Source: Methanocaldococcus sp. 16A (GTDB taxonomy: Archaea; AGJL01; Methanococci; Methanococcales; Methanocaldococcaceae). Taken from it: DNA of 64,000 nt. A program made the translations under genes and the position numbers. Location: assembly GCA_049860595.1 (NCBI GenBank), contig CP187551.1; one strand, written 5' to 3'. Shown one piece after another: positions 37,532-48,520 of this stretch (within the stretch, counting starts at the first letter, position 1; every line of letters begins with the position of its first letter). The notes under the pieces were generated by a model. It worked only from the letters and a program-made list of their open reading frames with translations. It searched no databases and had not been told where the DNA came from.

Positions 37532-38533
37532 TTATTCATCTCTTACTCTTTTAGCAACTTCTTCAGCCATTTCAAATGTATTTAAGTTTCCTCCTAAGTC
37601 AGGTGTTGTTAAACCTAAAGCCAAAACTTCCTCCAATGCTTTCTCAACTTTATCTGCAGCTTCATACTCTCCTAAGTATCTAAGCATTAAAACAGCACTT
37701 AATATTGTAGCTGTTGGATTGGCAATTTTCTTTCCAGCAATATCTGGAGCTGAACCATGAACTGGCTCAAATAATCCATGCTCATCTCCTATGTTTGCTG
37801 AAGGAGCTAATCCCAACCCTCCAACAGTTCCAGCAGCTCCATCTGATAAGATATCTCCAAACAAATTAGATGTAACAACAACATCAAACACTTGTGGTTT
37901 AGTTATGATATACATGTTCATTGCATCTATATAGTAATCTTCAGCTTTTATATCATCATATTCTTCAGCAACTTTGTAAAATACCCTCTTAAATAATCCA
38001 TCAGTTAATTTTAAGACATTTGCCTTATGAGCACAGGTAACCTTTCCTTCTTTACCCATCTTCTTTCTTTCTCTTGCCAAATTAAATGCAAATCTAAATA
38101 TTCTCTCACAAGCCTTTTCAGTAATAACTCTTGTAGCTATTGTAACCCCTTCATCAATCTCTGCCTCTATTCCTTTATACAATCCTTCAGTGTTTTCTCT
38201 CACAATTATATAATCAATATCAGGTCTTAAGCATTTAACTCCTTTATAAGCTTTTACTGGTCTTACATTGGCATAGGTGTCTAAGATATGCCTCAATTTA
38301 ACAATAACATCTGCCGCTGTTTCTCCAGCAGCTCCAAATAAAACAGCATCACAATCTAAGGCAGTTTCAATAGTTTCTTCTGGTAATGCTTTTCCAGTTC
38401 TTTTATAAACTTCATCTCCAGCCTCAGCATAAACAAACTCAAATGGTAATCCTGTAGCTTCTAAAACTTTTATTGTTGCAGGAACTACTTCTTTCCCTAT
38501 TCCATCTCCTTCTATAACACATATCTTATGCAT
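37532..38533 (-). CDS. leuB: 3-isopropylmalate/3-methylmalate dehydrogenase
   Basis: GDGIGKEV, RENTEGLY, NLFGDILSD and FEPVHGSAPDIAGK motifs. Confidence 0.88.
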   Translation of the reverse strand: MHKICVIEGDGIGKEVVPATIKVLEATGLPFEFVYAEAGDEVYKRTGKALPEETIETALDCDAVLFGAAGETAADVIVKLRHILDTYANVRPVKAYKGVKCLRPDIDYIIVRENTEGLYKGIEAEIDEGVTIATRVITEKACERIFRFAFNLARERKKMGKEGKVTCAHKANVLKLTDGLFKRVFYKVAEEYDDIKAEDYYIDAMNMYIITKPQVFDVVVTSNLFGDILSDGAAGTVGGLGLAPSANIGDEHGLFEPVHGSAPDIAGKKIANPTATILSAVLMLRYLGEYEAADKVEKALEEVLALGLTTPDLGGNLNTFEMAEEVAKRVRDE

Positions 38534-38642
38534 AATCATCACCAACATTTTTATTGTAATTAATTATATATTTCCTTAGCAAAAGTAATAATACTACAAA
38601 CTCTTTTAAAATATTTACTTAATCATTTACTAGGGGGATGTT

Positions 38643-39836
38643 ATGGACACAAAAGAAATTATAGAGTTAGAAAAAAAATATCATCTCCAAATTTATGGAA
38701 GATTACCAGTTGTTTTAGTTGAAGGTAAAGGGATAGAGGTTTATGATGTCAATGGAAAAAAATATCTTGACTTTTTATCAGGAATTGGAGTTAATAATGT
38801 AGGACATTGTCATCCAAAGGTTGTTGAAGCAATAAAAAAGCAAGCTGAAACATTAATCCATACATCCAACATATATTACACAATCCCACAAATAAAATTA
38901 GCTAAAAAGTTGGTTGAGTTAAGTGGCTTAGATAAGGCATTTTTTTGCAACAGCGGAGCTGAGGCAAATGAAGGTGCCATAAAATTTGCAAGGAAGTATG
39001 CATCAAAAATATTAGGAAAAGAAGGCGGAGAAATTATCAGTATGTACAATGCATTCCATGGAAGAACTTTAACAACATTGGCAGCTACACCAAAACCAAA
39101 GTATCAAGAAGGCTTTCATCCATTACCACAAGGTTTTAAATACGTACCTTTCAATGATATAGAGGCGTTGAAAGAAAGTATAACAAACAAAACATGTGCT
39201 ATAATAATTGAACCTGTTCAAGGAGAGGGAGGAATTCATGTTGCTGATAAAGATTATTTAAAAGCTGTTAGAGATTTATGTGATGATAAAAATATTGTCT
39301 TAATCTTTGATGAAGTGCAGTGTGGAATGGGAAGAACTGGAAAGATGTTTGCCTATGAGCATTATGATGTAAAGCCAGACATCTTAACATTGGCAAAAGC
39401 TCTTGGAGGAGGAGTACCAATAGGGGCTGTTGTTTTAAAAGAAGAGATAGCAAATGCTTTAAGTTATGGAGACCATGGAACAACCTTTGGTGGAAATCCT
39501 TTAGCTTGCTCAGCTGCATTAGCATCAATTGAGGTTATAGAGGAGCTTATTAAAGATGATAAAGTTATAGAAACAGGAGAATATTTCATTCGAAAACTCG
39601 AAAATCTTATGGAAAAGTATAGCTTTATAAAAGAAGTAAGAGGATTAGGTTTAATGATTGGTTCTGAACTTGAATTTAATGGAGCTGAAATTGTTAAGAA
39701 AATGCTCGAAAAAGGATTTTTAATTAATTGCACTTCTGATGTAGTTTTGAGATTTTTACCACCATTAATTGTAGAAAAAGAGCATATTGATGCCTTAACT
39801 AATGCATTAGATGAAGTATTTTCCGAGATAAATTAA
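38643..39836 (+). CDS. argD: Acetylornithine aminotransferase
   Basis: NSGAEANE, FHGRT, EPVQGEGG, DEVQCG, LAKALGGG and HGTTFGGNP motifs. Confidence 0.95.
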   Translation: MDTKEIIELEKKYHLQIYGRLPVVLVEGKGIEVYDVNGKKYLDFLSGIGVNNVGHCHPKVVEAIKKQAETLIHTSNIYYTIPQIKLAKKLVELSGLDKAFFCNSGAEANEGAIKFARKYASKILGKEGGEIISMYNAFHGRTLTTLAATPKPKYQEGFHPLPQGFKYVPFNDIEALKESITNKTCAIIIEPVQGEGGIHVADKDYLKAVRDLCDDKNIVLIFDEVQCGMGRTGKMFAYEHYDVKPDILTLAKALGGGVPIGAVVLKEEIANALSYGDHGTTFGGNPLACSAALASIEVIEELIKDDKVIETGEYFIRKLENLMEKYSFIKEVRGLGLMIGSELEFNGAEIVKKMLEKGFLINCTSDVVLRFLPPLIVEKEHIDALTNALDEVFSEIN

Positions 39837-39842
39837 TTTTTA

Positions 39843-40070
39843 TTATTTTTTATTTTCATCTTTCTTTTTTGGATTAACTACTTTAACCAATATAGCATTT
39901 GTTGGACATCTGCCTGCACAAAACTTGCAGTTGTGGCAGTATTCAACATCATAAGCATAGTATTTTCCATTTTCATCTTTTGTCCAAATAAGAGGACCTT
40001 TTGGACATACATCATAGCATCTTCCACATCCAATACATTTTTCTTTATCTACAATAATCTCAACTGCCAT
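39843..40070 (-). CDS. 2x[4Fe-4S] ferredoxin
   Basis: [12 protein letters not shown] and [12 protein letters not shown]; divergent from the Lrp gene. Confidence 0.93.
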   Translation of the reverse strand: MAVEIIVDKEKCIGCGRCYDVCPKGPLIWTKDENGKYYAYDVEYCHNCKFCAGRCPTNAILVKVVNPKKKDENKK

Positions 40071-40131
40071 TCTATTCCTCCAAAATTTTTATATATTATT
40101 AAATTATGTTATAATTAATATTATTAATCAT

Positions 40132-40142
40132 CCGAAATTCGG
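40132..40142. promoter_or_regulatory. Putative Ptr2-type operator
   Basis: CCGAAATTCGG palindrome (CG-N5-CG) overlapping the GGTGA SD of the Lrp gene. Confidence 0.6.
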
Positions 40143-40149
40143 TGATATT

Positions 40150-40572
40150 ATGGATGAAAAGGATTTAAAAATTATCGAGATTCTTATGAGAGATGGAAGA
40201 AAATCATATACTGATATAGCAAGGGAATTAGGAACAAGTGAAAGTTCTATAAGAAAAAGAGTTAAAAAATTAGAAGAAGAGGGAGTTATTAAAGGATACA
40301 CTGCAATAATAAATCCCTCAAAAATTGGATATAACGTCGTAGCTTTAACTGGGTTTGATACAGAGCCTGATAAATTTCTGAGTGTTGCCAAAGAACTTTG
40401 TAAGTTTGAAGAAGTTAAAAAAGTATTTACATCAACAGGAGACCACATGATTATGGCTGAAATTTGGGCTAAAGATGGAAAAGAATTTTCAGATTTAATT
40501 TTCAATAAGATTGGAAAAATTGAAGGTATAAAAAAGATTTGTCCAGCTATTATTTTAGAGCAATTAAAATAA
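40150..40572 (+). CDS. ptr2: Lrp/AsnC-family transcriptional regulator (Ptr2/LrpA-like)
   Basis: [39 protein letters not shown] plus STGDHM; divergent ferredoxin arrangement as known for Ptr2. Confidence 0.85.
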   Translation: MDEKDLKIIEILMRDGRKSYTDIARELGTSESSIRKRVKKLEEEGVIKGYTAIINPSKIGYNVVALTGFDTEPDKFLSVAKELCKFEEVKKVFTSTGDHMIMAEIWAKDGKEFSDLIFNKIGKIEGIKKICPAIILEQLK

Positions 40573-40639
40573 TTTAAAAATTTAAAAAATAAAAAAATTT
40601 AAAGTAATATTAAAGTCAAAAAAATAGAATTAAGAAGAT

Positions 40640-41065
40640 TTATTTAAAGTATCTGTCTAAGATTCCTTTTAACATTCTTGCGTGTCTTGCTTCATCTCTA
40701 CTTGATTCATCAAAGAAATCATGAGCTGGATCAATTCCTAATTCTTTTGCCTTTGTTGCAGCAGCTTTTTTCTCTTTGTTTGCCATGCATTCTCCTTTTA
40801 ACATCATTTCAATGTTCTCTTTTAAGTTCTCTGAAATTAAACCGTTCATTTCAGCAAAGTGTGCTGCGTGCTCAGCTTCTTCCATTGCAATTCTTATTAA
40901 AACTTCAGCGACTTCTGGTAACCCCTCCCTCTGAGCTTGTCTTGCCATAGCTAAGTATAAACCAACTTCCTTACACTCCCCTTCAAAGTTTGCTTGAACT
41001 TCTTTCTCCAACTCTGTTCCTTTTGTTACTCCTATTTTGTGTTCATTTATTAAGTCCAATTCCAT
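40640..41065 (-). CDS. Rubrerythrin-family diiron protein (no rubredoxin domain)
   Basis: GEC.E..LY, EEAEH and DEARH diiron motifs. Confidence 0.88.
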   Translation of the reverse strand: MELDLINEHKIGVTKGTELEKEVQANFEGECKEVGLYLAMARQAQREGLPEVAEVLIRIAMEEAEHAAHFAEMNGLISENLKENIEMMLKGECMANKEKKAAATKAKELGIDPAHDFFDESSRDEARHARMLKGILDRYFK

Positions 41066-41119
41066 TATCTCACCTTAAATTTTATTTTTTAATTTACATA
41101 ATAACAATACGCAACTACG

Positions 41120-41181
41120 TTATATAATATTAATGGTTCGAAATTCGAAATATATTTGATGAATTAGTTCTAAATTTAATC
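41120..41181 (-). repeat. 62-bp direct repeat copy 1 (operator + TATA promoter of rubrerythrin)
   Basis: 58/62 identical to 41792-41853; contains TTCGAAATTCGAA and TTATATAA. Confidence 0.85.
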
Positions 41182-41616
41182 AATATTAATCATTTCATCC
41201 TCGATAATAAGACCCTTCTCTTTAAACCACTTTCCATATTCTTTATCTGGTTTTGCTATGTGCATTGTAAGCCACCCTACTAAAAAAGATAAAGCACTTC
41301 TAAAATCATTCTCCGAACCTTCTTCAATTTTTGGGAGTAATTTTTCAATAACTGTTTTAACAAATATTTCATGAGTTTTTTTATGCCTTTCTAAGTTGGG
41401 ATATCCATATTTTTCCATAACCTCTTCTTCATGCTTAAAGTGCTTTGCAGCATAATTAATTACTCTTCTCTTTAACAATTCTTTGGCTTCTTCCTTTTTA
41501 CCTTCTCCCAACAAACTATAAATTTCATTTAATGTATTAACTAAAAATTTATGCTCATCGTCAAATGCCTTAATCCCTGTTTCAAAATCTTTACTCCATT
41601 TAATTATCTCTTTCAA
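41176..41616 (-). CDS. Single-domain bacteriohemerythrin
   Basis: W....ETGI...DDEHK, HFKHEE..M, HKKTH and WL.MHI...D motifs; TTG start after GGTGA. Confidence 0.93.
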   Translation of the reverse strand: MKEIIKWSKDFETGIKAFDDEHKFLVNTLNEIYSLLGEGKKEEAKELLKRRVINYAAKHFKHEEEVMEKYGYPNLERHKKTHEIFVKTVIEKLLPKIEEGSENDFRSALSFLVGWLTMHIAKPDKEYGKWFKEKGLIIEDEMINID

Positions 41617-41791
41617 ATTATCACCAATTAAAATCCTCTTTACAATTATTTAAAAATAATTAAATTAAATATTCAATAATATTAATATTTGTTTATATAC
41701 AAATATTAACAAACTATGCAAATATTAAAATTCAAAACTTAGTTTAAAATATCCATTTTTCAATCATGTAATAATAACTTACATTAGAAAA

Positions 41792-41853
41792 TTATATAAT
41801 ATTAATGGTTCGAAATTCGACACATATTTGATTAATTGGTTCTAAATTTAATC
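41792..41853 (-). repeat. 62-bp direct repeat copy 2 (operator + TATA upstream of hemerythrin)
   Basis: 58/62 identical to 41120-41181. Confidence 0.85.
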
Positions 41854-41992
41854 TATATGGATATTCCATTTCTCATATGTTCTAATTTTCCTTATGGACA
41901 TAATAATAATTTTAATATTGTTAATTTATATATATAAATATATAAATTCAATGTCTAAAAATAAAAAATAAAAAAACAAAAAGAGAATAAAT

Positions 41993-43234
41993 TTATTCAA
42001 TCTTCATTTCTTTAATTCTCTTAGCTAACTCTTTACCCATGTTGTAGCAGTTTGTTAATTCATCTTCTGTTGGGACATAGTAGAGTTCATATTGGTTAAT
42101 AACTTCAAATCCACATTTTGCTAATTCTTCAGCAATCTTAGCTACTGCTCCACCATTACCTCCCATTGAACCAAATGCTATTGCCAATCTCTTAAATCCA
42201 GTTCTGTTGAATTTTAGACCTCTTAAGTAGTAAATTAAATCTCCAATTGATGGGTATGGTTCATCATATATTGTTGGAATTCCAAAGAGTACTGCCTTAG
42301 CATCTAATATATCTTTAACAATTTCACTTCTCTCATCTTCGTGTAAGAAATACATTACAACGTCAATTCCTTCACTCATTAAACCTTCTGCAAATGCATG
42401 AGCCATTTTTTGTGTTGAGTAGTGCATTGTATCGTAAATAATAACTGCCTTATCCTTAGCTGCTTTACCAGTAGCAAAGTCCTGATAAGCTTTAATAACT
42501 TTCATAGGATCTGTCCAAATTTGTCCATGTGATGGAGCAATCATTTTTATCTTTTCTAATAATCCTAAGTTGATAACTTCTTCAAATTTCTTCAATACGA
42601 GTTTTGATAATGGTGTGATTAAGTTTGCGTAGAACTTTTGATTTGCATCCATTAAGATGTATTCTGGAATATCTGTATCAAATCTCTTATGTGCTGGGAA
42701 GCATAAGTGCTGTCCAAATGCATCGTTTGAGAATAAAATCCCTCCTTCGTTATAGAAGGTGAACATACTGTCTGGCCAGTGCAATAAAGGAGCTTCTAAG
42801 AAAGTTAAAGTTTTACCTCCTAAATCAACAGTATCTAATGATTTAACTACTTTGAATGGTGCATTCTTTAATGATGGATAGTGCTTTTTCAATCCTTCAA
42901 CTGCTACTTCAGTACAGTATATTGGAGCCTCTGGGAATTTTTTATGAATTTCTGGTAAAGCCCCACTGTGGTCTTTTTCTACGTGGTTTTGAACGATTAC
43001 ATCAATTTTAAATTCCCTCCCCTCTTTTTCAAATGCATCTTTTATCCTCCCCCACATTTGAGCGGAGGTTCCTGGGTATGTGTTATCTATTATAGCAACT
43101 TTTTCATCCCCAAATACTAAGTATGCGTTGTATGTTGTTCCTTTTAGTGTATATCCGTGGTATTTTCTAATGTCCCAATCTAAAACCCCCACCCAATATA
43201 CACCATCTGCTATTTTAATTGCATCTGCTTTCAT
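41993..43234 (-). CDS. fprA: Flavodiiron protein, F420H2 oxidase type
   Basis: [22 protein letters not shown] and YDTMHYST motifs. Confidence 0.93.
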   Translation of the reverse strand: MKADAIKIADGVYWVGVLDWDIRKYHGYTLKGTTYNAYLVFGDEKVAIIDNTYPGTSAQMWGRIKDAFEKEGREFKIDVIVQNHVEKDHSGALPEIHKKFPEAPIYCTEVAVEGLKKHYPSLKNAPFKVVKSLDTVDLGGKTLTFLEAPLLHWPDSMFTFYNEGGILFSNDAFGQHLCFPAHKRFDTDIPEYILMDANQKFYANLITPLSKLVLKKFEEVINLGLLEKIKMIAPSHGQIWTDPMKVIKAYQDFATGKAAKDKAVIIYDTMHYSTQKMAHAFAEGLMSEGIDVVMYFLHEDERSEIVKDILDAKAVLFGIPTIYDEPYPSIGDLIYYLRGLKFNRTGFKRLAIAFGSMGGNGGAVAKIAEELAKCGFEVINQYELYYVPTEDELTNCYNMGKELAKRIKEMKIE

Positions 43235-43333
43235 ATATTTCACCACCAATAGTCAATTTTCAACGTATATTTTTTAGTATTAATATCCTAACAATATTTT
43301 TGTATCTACTTTATGTATATATTACATTTACGG

Positions 43334-43346
43334 TTCGATGTTCGTA
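43334..43346. promoter_or_regulatory. Putative Ptr2-type operator upstream of fprA
   Basis: TTCGATGTTCGTA (CG-N5-CG), with similar spacing to an AT-rich TATA element as at 41137. Confidence 0.6.
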
Positions 43347-43382
43347 TTACTAATATAAAATACAATTACATATTTTGGAATT

Positions 43383-44003
43383 TTAATCTTTTACAACTTC
43401 AACTTTAAAGTAACATGCATCAGCCCCCTGAGCCATACATTTTATTTCATCAACCACAACCGTTTTCTTTAATATGCATTCCATTGCTCCAGCTATTAGA
43501 CCAGCATCAAAATGACAGATTGGTTCATTAATATCTAAACCTCCACACATTGCACACTCTCTCACTTTTAAAATAAATGGTTTTCTGCTTTCAATTTCTA
43601 AAATTCCTAAATTATTTTTTCTAAAGAATGTTTTTAATTCTCTAATATTTTTTGGTTCTAAAAATTTTCCAAATTCATATCCCATTTCATATAGCGTTAT
43701 TTCAGAGCCTCTTTCTTTAATTTTCTTTATTACAATGTATATCATAATCCTAAAAAGCTCTAGTGGGATATATTCCCTAATTTTTCTGTCAGTATATTTC
43801 TTTTCATCAAATGTCATTTTTCCTTTGTCAAATCCTTTCTTTAAATGTTCAACTACTTCATTAACTAACTCATCATCATTTGACAAACTATTATCTTCTT
43901 TATCCACGATAATTTCTTTAAAAATCTCACTCATATCTTTATTCAATTTTATGTGGATATGCAATGTATCACCTTTAAAACTTAATGAGTTGTAAAAAAT
44001 CAA
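43383..44003 (-). CDS. V4R domain protein (start uncertain)
   Basis: ECAMCGGL, CHFDAGLIAG and EIKCMAQGADACYF; no recognisable HTH. Confidence 0.85.
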   Translation of the reverse strand: MIFYNSLSFKGDTLHIHIKLNKDMSEIFKEIIVDKEDNSLSNDDELVNEVVEHLKKGFDKGKMTFDEKKYTDRKIREYIPLELFRIMIYIVIKKIKERGSEITLYEMGYEFGKFLEPKNIRELKTFFRKNNLGILEIESRKPFILKVRECAMCGGLDINEPICHFDAGLIAGAMECILKKTVVVDEIKCMAQGADACYFKVEVVKD

Positions 44004-44070
44004 ACTAAGTTTGTAAAACTCAATTTATTGTTGGCTTATGTCCTTTACAAACACAGCTAAAGTATATACT

Positions 44071-44129
44071 ATGGGACTTTAACAGAAATAAATGTTTTTA
44101 AATAAATATATAAACCGCAAAAGTTCTAT
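44071..44129. mobile_element. Degenerate family A repeat
   Basis: ATGGGACTTTAACAGAAATAAAT ... ATATATAAACCGCAAAAGTTCTAT. Confidence 0.65.
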
Positions 44130-44277
44130 ACTAAACGTCTATAATTAAAGGTAAATAATAATTTTATCCGTCATTTTTTCGCATAAATTTCTTAAAAAAT
44201 ATACGAATTTCGAAAAAATTAAAAAATTTTTAAAAAAAGTTAGATTATATTTTAATTACTTTTATAATATTTTAATA

Positions 44278-44372
44278 ATAGGACTTTCGCACTTTATGTA
44301 CTTAATGAAGGAAAATATAATTCCAAAGGTATCAAATATTTCTTTAAAGATTTATTTCTGCGAAAATCTTAC
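44278..44372. mobile_element. Family A repeat overlapping the 3' end of the CBS gene
   Basis: ATAGGACTTTCGCA ... ATTTATTTCTGCGAAAATCTTAC. Confidence 0.75.
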
Positions 44373-44717
44373 TAATACGTCAAAAACACTCAATGTTCCT
44401 ACAACTTCATCGTTTTCATTGACAACTGGATAAGCAATTTCTTCATTTTTAATCATCTCTTCTATAATCTCCTCTGTTAGCTCATCTTCTTCTTTTAAAA
44501 CTTTTATTTCATCAATAAACAACATTAAATCTTCAATTTTTGAATGCTTACATCCTGCAAGTAAATCTAAAGCAGTTATCCATCCAACCAATTTTCCTTC
44601 TTCTACAACTGGAGCATAATATTTTCTTTCTTTATATAGTAATTGAACCACCTCTCCTCCAATATCATTTGGAGAGATTTTTATGAAATCCCTATTCATA
44701 ATTTCTTTAACTTTCAT
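44352..44717 (-). CDS. CBS-pair domain protein
   Basis: VKEIMNRD, PVVEEGKLVGWIT and PVVNENDEVVGTLS motifs. Confidence 0.9.
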   Translation of the reverse strand: MKVKEIMNRDFIKISPNDIGGEVVQLLYKERKYYAPVVEEGKLVGWITALDLLAGCKHSKIEDLMLFIDEIKVLKEEDELTEEIIEEMIKNEEIAYPVVNENDEVVGTLSVFDVLVRFSQK

Positions 44718-44907
44718 TGATATCCCTCAAAATTAACTTGTAAAATTATACAAGATTTTTCTATTTTATTCTAAAAATCTTATTATGTTGAAAATTTTAT
44801 ATAGATTTTGTGCTGTTTTCATAACGCCCTATAAACTATTTATTAAAATATTTCGTAACAAAAATTATATATAATCTCAAATTATAAAATTTAAAATAGG
44901 TGGTACT

Positions 44908-45495
44908 ATGGTTTTAAAATCCAAAGAAGAGTTTAACAACGATTTTATAAACGAAATTATAGAAACTGGAAAAGATATTTTGGGGGAGGGGCATGTTGCC
45001 TCTTTTAAAGCTTGCTATCAATGTGGGACATGCACTGGAAGCTGTCCAAGTGGTAGAATAACTGCTTTTAAGACTAGAAAATTAATAAAATACGCTCAGT
45101 TTGGAATGAGAAAATTTGCTGTAGAAAGTGAGGATTTATGGATGTGTACTACATGCTATGAATGCTATGAAAGATGCCCAAGAGAAGTGAAGATTACAGA
45201 CATAATTAAAGTAATTAGGAATATCGCCGCAAGAGAAGGAAGAATGACAGAATCTCATAAAAAAACTGCATTATATGTATTTAAAACTGGACATGCTGTC
45301 CCAATTAATGAAGAAATAAAAAAGGCAAGGAAATCTATAGGTTTAACTGAGGTTCCACCAACAACACACAAATATCCTGAAGCATTAGAGATTGTTAGAG
45401 AAATTATGAAGGATTTAAACTTTTGTGATATGGTTGGGATATGCACTGAGACAATGCAATTAAAACCTGTTGAATGGAAAGACATGTCAGAATAA
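44908..45495 (+). CDS. hdrC: Heterodisulfide reductase subunit C
   Basis: [12 protein letters not shown] and [13 protein letters not shown]. Confidence 0.95.
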   Translation: MVLKSKEEFNNDFINEIIETGKDILGEGHVASFKACYQCGTCTGSCPSGRITAFKTRKLIKYAQFGMRKFAVESEDLWMCTTCYECYERCPREVKITDIIKVIRNIAAREGRMTESHKKTALYVFKTGHAVPINEEIKKARKSIGLTEVPPTTHKYPEALEIVREIMKDLNFCDMVGICTETMQLKPVEWKDMSE

Positions 45496-45509
45496 ATAAG
45501 GTGAATTTT

Positions 45510-46391
45510 ATGGAATTTGCTTTTTTCTTAGGATGTATAGCACCAAATAGGTATCCGGGTATAGAGAAAGCCACATATACAGCATTAGAAAAATTGGAAA
45601 TAAAGTTGCATCCATTTGAAAAGGCTTCATGTTGCCCAGCTCCAGGGGTTTTTGGTTCTTTTGACCTAAAAACATGGCTTGCTTTAGCGGCGAGAAATTT
45701 GTGTGTTGCAGAAGAGATGGGCTTAGATATCATAACAATATGCAATGGATGCTACGGTTCATTGTTCGAAGCAAATCACATCCTTCAAGAGAATGAAAAA
45801 GCCAGAAATATGGTAAATAAAGTTTTATCAAAATATGGATTGGAATATAAAGGGACTGTTAAAGTTAGACACCTACCAGAGGTCCTTTACTTTGACTTAG
45901 GTGTTGATGCAATAAGGGAAAAAGTAAAAAAGCCATTAAATATAGATGTTGCAGTGCATTATGGTTGCCATTACTTAAAACCAACTGATATAAAGCATTT
46001 AGAGGGTTCTGAAAGACCAAAGTCGTTTGATGAACTTGTTGAGGCACTTGGAGCTAAGTCAATAAATTATAAAGATAAAAACATGTGCTGTGGAGCAGGG
46101 GGAGGGGTTAGGGCAAGAAACCTTGATGTTGCTCTACAAATGACTGAAACAAAATTAAGAAATATAAAAGAAGCAGGAGCAGATTGTATCACAGACGTTT
46201 GCCCATTCTGCCACTTACAGTTTGATAGAGGGCAGGTAGAGATAAAAGAGAAGTTTGGTAGAGAATATAACATTCCAGTAATTCACTATTCCCAGCTTTT
46301 AGGATTAGCTATTGGAATGTCACCAAAAGATGTTGCATTAGATTTGCATTTTATATCAACTGAACCATTAATCGAGAAACTTGGATTGTAA
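45510..46391 (+). CDS. hdrB: Heterodisulfide reductase subunit B
   Basis: FLGC, SCCPAPG, CNGC, HYGCH, CCGAGGG and CPFCHLQFD (two CCG domains); start moved to ATG 45510. Confidence 0.96.
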   Translation: MEFAFFLGCIAPNRYPGIEKATYTALEKLEIKLHPFEKASCCPAPGVFGSFDLKTWLALAARNLCVAEEMGLDIITICNGCYGSLFEANHILQENEKARNMVNKVLSKYGLEYKGTVKVRHLPEVLYFDLGVDAIREKVKKPLNIDVAVHYGCHYLKPTDIKHLEGSERPKSFDELVEALGAKSINYKDKNMCCGAGGGVRARNLDVALQMTETKLRNIKEAGADCITDVCPFCHLQFDRGQVEIKEKFGREYNIPVIHYSQLLGLAIGMSPKDVALDLHFISTEPLIEKLGL

Positions 46392-46458
46392 AAAATTAGT
46401 AAAATATATATACCTACAAAAACAAAAAATTAATTTAGGAATTTTTTGGGGTGTTAAA

Positions 46459-46773
46459 ATGAAAAATGAAGTTTTCTTTGGGGAGGGGATGAAAGTAGTT
46501 AAAGAAAAATACCCTGATTTGTATGAAGCTATTGTTAAGTTAAATGAAGCAGCTTTCACAGGAAAAGTTTTAGACTATAAGACACAAAAATTAATAGCAA
46601 TAGGAATAGTTGCTTCAAAATGTGATGAAGTTGCAACAGAAAGGCAGATGAGGAGTGGAATGAAAGAACTCGGCATTACAAAAGAAGAGATTGCAGATGT
46701 TTTAAGAGTTGTTTTATTAACTAGTGGAATGCCTGCATTTATAAAAGCAATGAAAATCTTGGAAAAACTCTAA
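46459..46773 (+). CDS. Carboxymuconolactone decarboxylase/AhpD-like protein
   Basis: LDYKTQKLIAIGI and GITKEEIADVL....TSGMPA; start moved to ATG 46459. Confidence 0.85.
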   Translation: MKNEVFFGEGMKVVKEKYPDLYEAIVKLNEAAFTGKVLDYKTQKLIAIGIVASKCDEVATERQMRSGMKELGITKEEIADVLRVVLLTSGMPAFIKAMKILEKL

Positions 46774-46808
46774 ATATTTAAAATTTTATTTTAAGGGGGA
46801 GGGGAATT

Positions 46809-47159
46809 ATGAACTATTTTTGTGGAATAAACAAAATGAAAGAAGGAAATGACTTTGAAAAAAAACACACACCATTTATTGACTGTCCAGATGTTGTTAA
46901 AGCAGATGAATATTTTGAAGTTAAAATATCAACTGGAATTCCACATCCTATGGAGGATGGGCATTTCATCCAATGGATTGAGGTGTTTATGGGAGATATC
47001 TACTTAGCAAGAGTTGATTTTACCCAATTCATGAAGCCAGAAGTAAAGTTAATGGTAAAAGCCCCTTCAAAGGGACATGATAAATTTTCATTAAAAGCTT
47101 TGATGAGATGCAACTTACATGGTATATGGGTGTATGAAAAAGAGATTAAATTAGAATAA
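46809..47159 (+). CDS. sor: Superoxide reductase (neelaredoxin, class II)
   Basis: EKKHTP, HPM..GHFIQW and CNLHG ligands. Confidence 0.93.
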   Translation: MNYFCGINKMKEGNDFEKKHTPFIDCPDVVKADEYFEVKISTGIPHPMEDGHFIQWIEVFMGDIYLARVDFTQFMKPEVKLMVKAPSKGHDKFSLKALMRCNLHGIWVYEKEIKLE

Positions 47160-47268
47160 ACTTCTCCAATTTTTAACGAATTTAGTATGATTAATGATAA
47201 ATATAATATAGCAACATAAAAGAATATTGAACAAAAAATTAAAAAAACATTAAAATGGGTGAAAATGA

Positions 47269-47427
47269 ATGGCAAAATATCAATGTATGTGTGGTTGGAT
47301 TTATGATGAAAATGTGGGGGAGCCTTCTCAAAACATCCCACCAGGGACAAAGTTTGAAGAACTTCCTGACACATTTAAATGCCCACAGTGTGGTTTGGGG
47401 AAAAATGCATTTAGAAAAATAGAATAA
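47269..47427 (+). CDS. Rubredoxin
   Basis: Too short for the ORF track. Manual translation MAKYQCMCGWIYDENVGEPSQNIPPGTKFEELPDTFKCPQCGLGKNAFRKIE. Confidence 0.95.
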   Translation: MAKYQCMCGWIYDENVGEPSQNIPPGTKFEELPDTFKCPQCGLGKNAFRKIE

Positions 47428-47437
47428 GGTGATGTAT

Positions 47438-47713
47438 ATGATAACAACAAATCATCCACTATATGAAGCTTTAAAAGACATTCAAGATTTCAAATTGAGA
47501 TTATTTGAATACTTCAAAGATAAAAAAGTTTTTCCAATAAAAAGTAAAGTTGAATTAGCAGCAGCTTTACCTTGCGGTTTATCACTACCATGTGGGGAGA
47601 TTGAAGCTGGAGAGTTAGTTAAATTATTAACTGACGATGATTTCCCAATAAAAGACCCTGAAGATTTAGCAATGAAATTGGCAAATAAATGCCTAATTGA
47701 AAAGAAAGAATAA
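47438..47713 (+). CDS. MTH865-like family protein
   Basis: FPIKSKVELAAALPCG and LTDDDFPIKDPEDLA motifs. Confidence 0.8.
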   Translation: MITTNHPLYEALKDIQDFKLRLFEYFKDKKVFPIKSKVELAAALPCGLSLPCGEIEAGELVKLLTDDDFPIKDPEDLAMKLANKCLIEKKE

Positions 47714-47728
47714 GTTGGTGAATATAAG

Positions 47729-48244
47729 ATGATTAAAGAAAATATCTTAGATGCCTTAAATAAACAAATAAATAAGGAATTTTACTCAGCATATCTCTAT
47801 TTATCTATGTCCGCCTATGCAGAATCTATTGGATTGAAAGGATTCGCTCAGTGGCTTAAAGTTCAAAGTCAGGAAGAATTAGACCATGCAATGAAGATAT
47901 ATAGTTATGTTATAGAAAGGGGAGGGAGAGTAAAATTATATGCCATAGAAGAGCCAAAAAATGACTGGATGTCGATTATTGAAGTGTTCGAAGATGGATA
48001 CAAACATGAACAACTTATGACTGAATCAATAAACAATTTAATGAGTTTAGCAATTTCTGAGAAGGATTATGCGACAGTAAATTTCCTACAATGGTTCGTA
48101 AATGAACAGGTTGAGGAAGAAGCATCTTTTTCAGAAATCTTAGACAAATTAAAATTAATTGGCGATGATAAAAGAGGATTATTTATGCTCGATAAAGAGC
48201 TTGGACAGAGAGTATATACTCCTCCAACAACAGAGAAAATTTAA
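47729..48244 (+). CDS. ftnA: Ferritin
   Basis: [18 protein letters not shown] and [13 protein letters not shown] ferroxidase motifs. Confidence 0.95.
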   Translation: MIKENILDALNKQINKEFYSAYLYLSMSAYAESIGLKGFAQWLKVQSQEELDHAMKIYSYVIERGGRVKLYAIEEPKNDWMSIIEVFEDGYKHEQLMTESINNLMSLAISEKDYATVNFLQWFVNEQVEEEASFSEILDKLKLIGDDKRGLFMLDKELGQRVYTPPTTEKI

Positions 48245-48260
48245 TTCTTTAGGTGAAAAT

Positions 48261-48446
48261 ATGACATGGTGGAAATGTTCAAACTGTGGTTATACATTTG
48301 AGGCAGAGAAACCCCCTGAAAAATGTCCAAACTGTGGGGAAATTTGCACGTTCTATGACGTAACCTGCTATACACCAGAATGTGGATGTCAAGGTTATGA
48401 CCCTAAATTAGTTGCGAGAAGACCAAACGAAGAAAGTAGATTCTAA
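48261..48446 (+). CDS. Small rubredoxin-like Cys-rich protein
   Basis: WKCSNCGY...PPEKCPNC...CYTPECG; start moved to ATG 48261 after GGTGA. Confidence 0.85.
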   Translation: MTWWKCSNCGYTFEAEKPPEKCPNCGEICTFYDVTCYTPECGCQGYDPKLVARRPNEESRF

Positions 48447-48520
48447 TTTCGTCAATTTTACATCTTATTTTATCTTCAAACAAAAAAATAAAAAAATAAA
48501 TAAATGGGGGAGGGACACTT

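Noticed and set aside
47269-47427. Rubredoxin with CxC instead of CxxC as a novelty
   Set aside because: I recall the same CMCG start in Methanococcales rubredoxins, so it appears to be a lineage trait rather than a lesion.
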